A stretch of 62,839 bases of DNA from a virus. Lineage: Duplodnaviria; Caudoviricetes. The stretch lies in IMG/VR virus record IMGVR_UViG_3300047548_001519, positions 1-62,839 of that record. The stretch is one strand, 5' to 3'. Each line of letters starts with the position of its first letter. Positions within the stretch are counted from its first letter, which is position 1. Below the pieces are notes generated by a model. It was not told where the DNA came from and searched no databases. It was given only the letters and a program-made list of their open reading frames with translations. Made by a program: the position numbers and the translations under genes. Of this stretch, positions 56,375 through 62,839 are shown piece by piece.

Positions 56375-56983
56375 ATGGTATCAAGTATTTATAGAGCAAC
56401 AAACACCTTTACTAATAAAGTATATATCGGGTTTGCTATGGATTTTGTTGCCAGAATACGTCGACATAAAATCCTATACAAAACTACAAATACTAAATTT
56501 TATAATGCAATTAAAAAATACGGCTGGGATGCTTTTAAATGGGACATCCTTTACCAATCACGTGATCAGCAACACTGTCATCAAGTAATGGAATCGTTAT
56601 TTATTCAGGAATATGATTCCATTGAAAATGGGTACAACACCACTGAAGGAGGACGTGGTGTGATAGGAGCCGCTAGAAATCGAATATGGATTAACGACGG
56701 TACCAATCACAAACGAGTGCCTGAAGATTGCATTCCTGAAGGGTGGGCCATTGGAAGAGTTGGGTTACAACGCAAATTTAATACTCAATGGACCCCCAAC
56801 CGAAAACCACGCAGATCATATGCTGGAGGAAATAACCCTGCAGCAAAATCGGTATCTATTCACGGAATTCGATATGATACCATGAAAGATGCTGTCAACA
56901 ACTTAAAACTATCAGAGCCGACAATTAGACGCAGATGCAAGTCTAGCTCTTCTGAGTATGCTGATTGGTTTTATGTGTTTTAA
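56375..56983 (+). CDS. Antisense GIY-YIG homing endonuclease
   Basis: SIYRATN..TNKVYIG, F..AIKKYG...F, E..FI..YDS...GYN.T.GG. Confidence 0.88.
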   Translation: MVSSIYRATNTFTNKVYIGFAMDFVARIRRHKILYKTTNTKFYNAIKKYGWDAFKWDILYQSRDQQHCHQVMESLFIQEYDSIENGYNTTEGGRGVIGAARNRIWINDGTNHKRVPEDCIPEGWAIGRVGLQRKFNTQWTPNRKPRRSYAGGNNPAAKSVSIHGIRYDTMKDAVNNLKLSEPTIRRRCKSSSSEYADWFYVF

Positions 56984-57389
56984 CCCCGATATTATATTTG
57001 GGCACCAACTCCCACTCATTTTTCTCTTTATAAGAGACGATTTTAATCTGAGATAAAACTGATTGGGTGCCTGTATTTGGTTTATTAACTAACTTCAACA
57101 ACCCCCACTCTTCCAGCAAAATAGCAATAGCATTTCGCCGTTCAACATCATTCACTGTAATATCCGAATCTTTATTATCTAAAATAAAAAGTTCTTTAAA
57201 GTGAACGATAAAATACCTACCCTGCTTATGCAAGATATGTGCTGATTGGTATAACTTCTTGTCTTTTTTTGATGCCACCCCAATACGAGTTAACGTCTCT
57301 TTCACCTTCAAGAAATTGTCCGGTGTGGGTAGCGTGATTTCTAACATAGACTCTGGAGCCCAGTCGTAGTAGATCACGTCGTTATTCAT
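56943..57389 (-). CDS. regA: Translational repressor RegA
   Basis: MLEI.L..PDNFLKVKETLTRIGVAS.KDK.LYQS.HILHKQGRYFIVHFKE. Confidence 0.95.
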   Translation of the reverse strand: MNNDVIYYDWAPESMLEITLPTPDNFLKVKETLTRIGVASKKDKKLYQSAHILHKQGRYFIVHFKELFILDNKDSDITVNDVERRNAIAILLEEWGLLKLVNKPNTGTQSVLSQIKIVSYKEKNEWELVPKYNIGVKTHKTNQHTQKS

Positions 57390-57483
57390 TGTTTTCCACC
57401 TTTATCCATCTGTTGTTTTATAACATTTATTTGCTCATTGGAAAGGATAGACATAGCTTCCAGAGCCTTTTCCGTCGAGTATT
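57386..57483 (-). pseudogene. Duplicated 3' remnant of the gp62 gene (98 bp)
   Basis: YSTEKALEAMSILSNEQINVIKQQMDKGGKQ* versus gp62 end YSTEKALEAMSILSREQINAIKQQMDKGGKA* at 58138-58041. Confidence 0.85.
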
Positions 57484-57506
57484 TATAAAAACAAACTGTT
57501 TGGAAT

Positions 57507-57574
57507 AATAAATAGTGTAGATCGCGAGGCTCCCAACCTCCATCTACTCTAACATCTTTCAAGGAGATATCAGC
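57507..57574 (+). promoter_or_regulatory. Late promoter variant plus conserved structured leader, copy 4
   Basis: AATAAATA, GTAGAT-CGC-GAGG..CCTC-C-ATCTAC, TCTAACATCT..AGGAGATATCAGC-GTG. Confidence 0.8.
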
Positions 57575-58078
57575 GTGACTATATATCATAAACATCATAT
57601 TGTTCCTCGCCATGCTGGAGGAACAGACGACCCAATCAATCTAGTAGAACTAACGCTTGAAGAACATGCTGAAGCGCATCGAGTATTATTTGAGCAGTTT
57701 GGCCGTTGGCAAGATCTTATTGCTTGGCGGACACTTTCCGGCCAAATATCTGTACACGAGGCTCGGGTAGAGGCTGTTCGATATGCTCTTGCAGGTAAAA
57801 AGCAATCGCCTGAGCATGTCGCAAAGCGCACGTATAAAGGCATTAAACGTAAACCTGCTTCAGAAGAAAGAAAACAAAAAGTGTCGGAAACCCTTAAAGC
57901 AATTGGACATGCTCCACCGCCAAGCGCTCGTGAAGCTGCTGCAATGTGTAATAGAGGATCTTTCTGGGTAACAGATGGAACAAAAAATAAAAAATTACGT
58001 AGAGGTGAACCAATCCCCGATGGTTGGCGAGTCGGTCGAGTCATGCCTTCCCGCCTTTATCCATCTGTTGTTTTATAG
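57575..58078 (+). CDS. Antisense HNH homing endonuclease
   Basis: HKHHIVPRHAGGTDDP.NLV.LT.EEH.EAH; WVTDG...GW..GR tail. Confidence 0.88.
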   Translation: MTIYHKHHIVPRHAGGTDDPINLVELTLEEHAEAHRVLFEQFGRWQDLIAWRTLSGQISVHEARVEAVRYALAGKKQSPEHVAKRTYKGIKRKPASEERKQKVSETLKAIGHAPPPSAREAAAMCNRGSFWVTDGTKNKKLRRGEPIPDGWRVGRVMPSRLYPSVVL

Positions 58079-58421
58079 CATTTATTTGCTCTCTGGAGAG
58101 GATAGACATAGCTTCCAGAGCCTTTTCCGTCGAATATTCGAAGAATGTTGAAACAGCAGTAAGGGATTCAGAAGTAATTTCTTTCTTAATCCACTTAGAA
58201 TATCGGCGTTTTTTTGTAATAGTTGAGCTTAAAAAGTCGAATTGCCACTCTACAGGAATCTGATTATGGACATTCATTGCATTTGCATACAACACTGTAT
58301 CTGGAAAGTACGATAATGCTTTATTGACTATAAACGACTTATAATCTTTCTCTGCTTGAGGATCCTCGAAAAGATCTTTTTTCTCATAATTAATCGAGTT
58401 AACGAAATCAAAAGGCGTCAT
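58041..58421 (-). CDS. Clamp loader small subunit (T4 gp62-like)
   Basis: PFDF.NSIN..K, Y..F.VN.ALSYF.D.VL.AN.MN, RR.SKW.K; synteny 45-44-62-regA. Confidence 0.9.
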   Translation of the reverse strand: MTPFDFVNSINYEKKDLFEDPQAEKDYKSFIVNKALSYFPDTVLYANAMNVHNQIPVEWQFDFLSSTITKKRRYSKWIKKEITSESLTAVSTFFEYSTEKALEAMSILSREQINAIKQQMDKGGKA

Positions 58422-58755
58422 CTTGTAGCTTAAATCCAGTTGCAACTAAGTTTTGAGGTGTGGCTGTGAAGGTGCTTTGGGGGTATCTCTCTCGAAGAAT
58501 TTTCACGATCTCTTTGTGATCTTTGCCCTGAGCTAGGAATTCACCTGTAGTTTCATTATACACATAAAATGTATCATTCTCTTTGGTGATGTGGATGTGA
58601 ACAATATATTTCTGAACTTCTTTCTGTATATGTTCTAAGGATTTCAGATATTCCTGCACTTTCTGTGTAGCAACCCACTCTCGATAGAATATTCCAAGAC
58701 GAAAGCTCGCCCAACATAATGCAGCGCCAATAATAACAATAAGAAGTTCGTTCAT
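58408..58755 (-). CDS. Membrane-anchored hypothetical protein
   Basis: N-terminal TM; Y.Y...T.EFLAQG motif. Confidence 0.6.
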   Translation of the reverse strand: MNELLIVIIGAALCWASFRLGIFYREWVATQKVQEYLKSLEHIQKEVQKYIVHIHITKENDTFYVYNETTGEFLAQGKDHKEIVKILRERYPQSTFTATPQNLVATGFKLQDDAF

Positions 58756-59690
58756 TGGAATTTACACTCCTTCATCACTTCGGTTAGGCAAGCAACCATA
58801 TTCAACTCATGATCTGCAACAAAAGCAGCCTTGTACTGATACTCAGCAAGAATGAGAACAAGCGCAGGTACACTTGAAGGTTCTAGGAATGTTGGTGAAT
58901 AGCTATACAATTCACGGAATATGGCGGTTGTATCTCCATCAGCATTCAATGCAACCCACTTACGCATTTCCGAGAAATCTTTTTCCTTCAATATCTTATA
59001 TAGCGTCTTGTATGATTCAGATCCTACATTAACCAGGATACCGGAATCAATCCTTCCAGATACTGAATAACGTTGTAGTTCATTGATCACACGACGAAAA
59101 TCTGGAAAGAACTTCTGTACAAGATCTGCCACTACCTTCTTATCATACTCAATCCCTTCTTGGTTCAGAATATGTAGAACTCGCTTGAAGAACCCACCAG
59201 CAACCTCCAACTTCTCCTTGTTCTGAATCTTGAAATCGATTACAGCACATCGAGAGTGCAAAGGCTCAATGATCCTATTCTTGAAGTTACAAGTCAGGAT
59301 GAACCTACAGTTGTCTGCAAACTCCTCAATGAAACCACGAAGAGCTGGCTGGAAACTTTGAGGGTTTGCATAATCAGCTTCGTCTAGGATCACTACCTTT
59401 TTGGAATCAGTTAAACTCACTGTAGATGCAAATTGAGCAATCTTTGTACGAAGGATGTCAATACCATTCTCAAGTGAAGCGTTAATGAACAGAACATCTG
59501 CCCCTACTTCATTACACATTGCCAACGCAGCTGTAGTCTTACCACATCCTGCAGGTCCGGTCAGCAGGAGATTTGGAAGCTCTCCTTTGCTGACCATTCC
59601 TTGCAACTCTTGCTTGATCCTTTCTGGAAGGATACACTCTTCAATCGTCTTTGGACGATACTTCTCCACAAACAAAAAACTATCATTCAT
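58752..59690 (-). CDS. Clamp loader large subunit (T4 gp44-like)
   Basis: VEKYRP..I.ECILP, GPAGCGKTT, ILDEAD, PLHSRC. Confidence 0.95.
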   Translation of the reverse strand: MNDSFLFVEKYRPKTIEECILPERIKQELQGMVSKGELPNLLLTGPAGCGKTTAALAMCNEVGADVLFINASLENGIDILRTKIAQFASTVSLTDSKKVVILDEADYANPQSFQPALRGFIEEFADNCRFILTCNFKNRIIEPLHSRCAVIDFKIQNKEKLEVAGGFFKRVLHILNQEGIEYDKKVVADLVQKFFPDFRRVINELQRYSVSGRIDSGILVNVGSESYKTLYKILKEKDFSEMRKWVALNADGDTTAIFRELYSYSPTFLEPSSVPALVLILAEYQYKAAFVADHELNMVACLTEVMKECKFQ

Positions 59691-59737
59691 AACAAAACCT
59701 CCACATCACATAATGTATTATTATACTACGCACTGCA

Positions 59738-60400
59738 TCAGAAATCAAACGTGGAGTCAAGTTCTATAGCTACAAAATAAGTAAGTTGGTTGTTTGTTGA
59801 TAGGAATCGAGCAATCTTCTTACCACCTATGGCTACGGTGTAATCAGTGGCCAACATCCTTAAGTTCTCAACTTTCAAATTAACCTTGAAGGTTTTGTCT
59901 GTAGTGCCCAACTCTGAATCAAATGTTGTACCAGTAGGATTCTTCTTATCGCCAATTGAGATCGAAATAACACTACCATCACCACTGATTGAGAAGTCTG
60001 CTACCTTGAGGATAGAAGCTACTCGTTGAATCTGCCCAAGCATTTGCTGTGAGAGGTTGAACTGAATGTCTGGTTCCGGAAACGCCTTCAATGTTGGTAC
60101 TACTGTAAGCACTTGTGAATTAGCAGCAAAGTACTTGACGGAGTTCTTACCTTCTTTGATCGTAACCGACTTGTCAGTAAAATCCAATTCAGGAGACTCG
60201 AACAAAGATAATGTACCTAGGAATTCATTAAGGTCGTAGATTCCAAAGTCGATAGGAAATTCCTCAGCAACATCTGCTTTTGCAATGATGTTCTTACCAG
60301 TGGACATAGTGACTAATGTCTTGCCGGCTTTGATCGAAAGATTGCTGTTGATAGAAGCAAAGTTCTTAAATACTGCCAGTGTTTCTTTTGAAAGTTTCAT
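59738..60400 (-). CDS. Sliding clamp (T4 gp45-like)
   Basis: MKLSKETL..KNFA.IN, FGIYDLNEFL, Y..A.E.DS. Confidence 0.93.
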   Translation of the reverse strand: MKLSKETLAVFKNFASINSNLSIKAGKTLVTMSTGKNIIAKADVAEEFPIDFGIYDLNEFLGTLSLFESPELDFTDKSVTIKEGKNSVKYFAANSQVLTVVPTLKAFPEPDIQFNLSQQMLGQIQRVASILKVADFSISGDGSVISISIGDKKNPTGTTFDSELGTTDKTFKVNLKVENLRMLATDYTVAIGGKKIARFLSTNNQLTYFVAIELDSTFDF

Positions 60401-60897
60401 TATTGAACTCCATACTTCTGATCATGTTCTTTGCCGATACCGTAATCGCCATCATACTTGTGCAGAGCTTCTGCATTGAATGAAAGATATTGACCAATGC
60501 GTGTACCCTGCTTGATCCGTGCTGGACCTGTCGTAACATGAAGTACACCTGCCATTGCACCATGATAACCTGAGTCATATAGGCCAGAGGTCAAGAACAA
60601 CCCATTACGATTCAAGGTTGAGCGAGTAATGACCCATCCTGCCTCACCTTCACCGACATGAATGATGTTTTCCATTACAACTTCGTATGATCCAGGCTCC
60701 AGTTGAAAGTAACCATCTGGTCCTGGTTGAATCTCTACACTACCGCGATGTGACTTATGGTCATTGGAGATCTCGAACATTTCTGTCTTAATTTGAAAGA
60801 CTTTACCTAAACGAAGATCCACTGCATTAGGCTGCACATCACCCTCATGTACATGAGTCAACCTCGATTTTGATTCTTTACCCATAATATGTTTCAT
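60400..60897 (-). CDS. dCTP deaminase/dUTPase family protein
   Basis: VQPNAVDLRL, RSTLNRNG, YDSGYHG, RIGQ, YDG.YG. Confidence 0.8.
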   Translation of the reverse strand: MKHIMGKESKSRLTHVHEGDVQPNAVDLRLGKVFQIKTEMFEISNDHKSHRGSVEIQPGPDGYFQLEPGSYEVVMENIIHVGEGEAGWVITRSTLNRNGLFLTSGLYDSGYHGAMAGVLHVTTGPARIKQGTRIGQYLSFNAEALHKYDGDYGIGKEHDQKYGVQ

Positions 60898-60906
60898 AAT
60901 ATTCTC

Positions 60907-61494
60907 CTATGCCCAAAAATCTAGAATTTTATACATTGTTTCGATAGCCAACTCATTGTATTCATCAAGCGTTAAGTCTGTATTATAAACGATGAAGTTA
61001 CAAAGATCATCACTAAATTCGGTCTCTGTTACATGACCATCGAAGTCAACACCATCACGTTTGATCTTAACAATAACACCACCTAAGTTATTTCTAATTG
61101 ATGTAAGTTCATTCTCAAATCGTAGATCAGTAATGCACCAAACAGTCCCAGGATCCTTCATGATTTTATTTTCTACATATTGTACGAATTGATTAGGATC
61201 ATACCCTCTCATCATCATACCGATTTCGCGAACTACTTGACGTCCTGAAACTGCTCGGGCCTCATTATCATGGGATTCACGATCAGGAAGTGTGTACATT
61301 ACCTGAGTACGTTTGAAGTCATCGTATTCTTGTTCGTCTTTGAGACCAAAAATCCTACACACTTCATTCTTGATGGGATCAGCGTAAGCAATTTTACGAA
61401 CGTTGTGAAGAGGAAAAGCAGCTTTCACTGCTTTGTAAAATTGATCTTTACCTGATCCCTTTGCACCATGCAAACCAATAACCAATGGCATCAA
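60907..61494 (-). CDS. Deoxynucleoside monophosphate kinase (T4 gp1-like)
   Basis: IGLHGAKGSGKD, ADPIK, R...REIG, ITDLRFENE, H.TE. Confidence 0.85.
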   Translation of the reverse strand: MMPLVIGLHGAKGSGKDQFYKAVKAAFPLHNVRKIAYADPIKNEVCRIFGLKDEQEYDDFKRTQVMYTLPDRESHDNEARAVSGRQVVREIGMMMRGYDPNQFVQYVENKIMKDPGTVWCITDLRFENELTSIRNNLGGVIVKIKRDGVDFDGHVTETEFSDDLCNFIVYNTDLTLDEYNELAIETMYKILDFWA

Positions 61495-62360
61495 TAACTC
61501 CTACACATCTTATCAATGAAGCCCATATTATACGTGATGCTTGCAATACTGTCAAAAGAAGATACTGGGCTAACATTGAAGTCCACTTCTTGTTCAAACT
61601 TGCCGTTACGTAGACCAGTTGGACTCTTATCATACTCAATGCCGTTGATGCCATGCCAGATAGCAGAAGAGCTATCCCACGAAAAGATATGTTCGTGATA
61701 TGGACGGAGAAGCTCAACCTCTTTTGGACCATCTGTCATACCAAGACAATGGAATCGTCCCATCTCCGTGTGGTACCCAAGCAAACCACGACGATCTAGT
61801 TCTTGAAAGATTGTGAATCGTGACAAGTAACGTTGCAGACGATATGCTTCATCCTTTGACCCATCTGTATGTTTGGTTTCATTTACACCCAAAGCAATCG
61901 GACATGCCAGAATAGACACACCAATATAATCGATATCATGATTAAAAATTGCCCACTCAAAGCTCTTCATCAAGCCTTCTAGGTCACCAAGCTCTGACTG
62001 AGGACAGAAGAATGTCTTGAATCCCGCTTCTTTAAACCGCGGGATGTGTAATTCTGCAGAAGTCACAGTTTTGTAATATGGTTCCTTTGGATAGTCAGAT
62101 AGGACTATAGAGTCTGCTTTGACCAGCTTACCCATATCAACGAGTTTACTGGGATCGTACATTGGCTGTCCACGCTTGAACATCTCAAACGCTGAGTTGT
62201 CAAGGTGATAAAATACAGAGGGATTCTCACGCTTGAGATTGATATAAAAGTTACGATACTCCTCATTCTCTTCTACCAAATGAGCAAGCAAAAGGTGAAC
62301 AGGATAGTGTCGAACAAATGGTAGATAAGCTACAGGGACAATATGGCAGAAGTTAATCAT
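61491..62360 (-). CDS. TGT/DpdA-like TIM-barrel transglycosylase, putative 7-deazaguanine DNA insertion enzyme
   Basis: LDNSAFE, VLSD, FHCLG and SWDSS motifs paralleling TGT/DpdA; adjacent to a QueD-like gene. Confidence 0.6.
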   Translation of the reverse strand: MINFCHIVPVAYLPFVRHYPVHLLLAHLVEENEEYRNFYINLKRENPSVFYHLDNSAFEMFKRGQPMYDPSKLVDMGKLVKADSIVLSDYPKEPYYKTVTSAELHIPRFKEAGFKTFFCPQSELGDLEGLMKSFEWAIFNHDIDYIGVSILACPIALGVNETKHTDGSKDEAYRLQRYLSRFTIFQELDRRGLLGYHTEMGRFHCLGMTDGPKEVELLRPYHEHIFSWDSSSAIWHGINGIEYDKSPTGLRNGKFEQEVDFNVSPVSSFDSIASITYNMGFIDKMCRSY

Positions 62361-62755
62361 TTTGTAACCTCATAAGTTTTAAATGAACCGTTCTCACCAT
62401 CTTCCGACACTTCAATCCACACTTCGCGATCAGGATACTTCTCGTTGATACTTGCAAATAAATCGTCAGATATCATTTCACAACTTTTATAATCTAGCGA
62501 CAAAACACCTTGTGTGCCAGAATACAACCCTTCAAGCCATCGTTTGAATTGAATGAATTCCACATCTCTATCATTGTGGGTGACACTAATCCATACCCTA
62601 AAGTGAAAAATATGGCGATGAGGATATCCCAAAAACGATACATCATACTCATCTCCAGTTGCAAGTGATGGATCTGTTAAAGCGGCTGGGTACTTATGAA
62701 TGCCTTCCTTGCGAAAGGTGACCCAGATCATGTTGGTGGTTTTAATTGGTTGCAT
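62357..62755 (-). CDS. QueD/6-pyruvoyltetrahydropterin synthase-like (T-fold) protein
   Basis: GIH.YP.A, HRH.FHF, SCEM...L, VSEDGENG motifs of phage QueD-like proteins. Confidence 0.7.
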   Translation of the reverse strand: MQPIKTTNMIWVTFRKEGIHKYPAALTDPSLATGDEYDVSFLGYPHRHIFHFRVWISVTHNDRDVEFIQFKRWLEGLYSGTQGVLSLDYKSCEMISDDLFASINEKYPDREVWIEVSEDGENGSFKTYEVTK

Positions 62756-62839
62756 CGTACCTTCCATATTTAATTGAGGATCTAACCGGATCCTTGTCAA
62801 TGTTTAGTTCTGGTTTCAACGACCTAATAAGTTGGCCTT

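Noticed and set aside
57386-57613. 75-aa ORF as an independent gene
   Set aside because: It is a chimera of antisense HEG/leader sequence and the duplicated gp62 3' end; recorded as a remnant instead

Overview
A 62.8 kb segment of a large T4-like (myovirus-type) phage genome, almost entirely coded on the - strand. It carries the T4-type replication core (gp45, gp44, gp62, RegA, ligase, gp43, UvsX, gp41, gp61, RNase H, DsbA) and nucleotide metabolism genes (NrdAB, ThyX, dCMP deaminase, dNMP kinase, dCTP deaminase/dUTPase). It also has a QueD-like plus transglycosylase-like pair suggesting 7-deazaguanine DNA modification, lysis genes (M15 endolysin, spanins, SleB-like hydrolase), and a block of probable capsid-packaged internal proteins. 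Host-like stress genes include PhoH with a class 3 intein, ClpP, Hsp20, Dps and a complete PrkA/YeaG-YeaH-SpoVR/YcgB operon. RNA genes include 7 tRNAs and a circularly permuted (two-piece) tmRNA with tag ANDERFALAA, which suggests a betaproteobacterial host. About nine free-standing homing endonuclease genes are present. The most unusual observations are: (1) four antisense endonuclease cassettes of different nuclease families that share a covarying structured leader and overlap or rebuild the 3' end of the invaded gene; (2) an array of structured ncRNA-like units upstream of the tRNA cluster that share one ~18-bp closing stem but have different interiors; (3) the permuted tmRNA, whose intervening segment encodes a small membrane peptide. 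All calls come from motif recognition and manual base-pairing; no database searches or folding programs were run.
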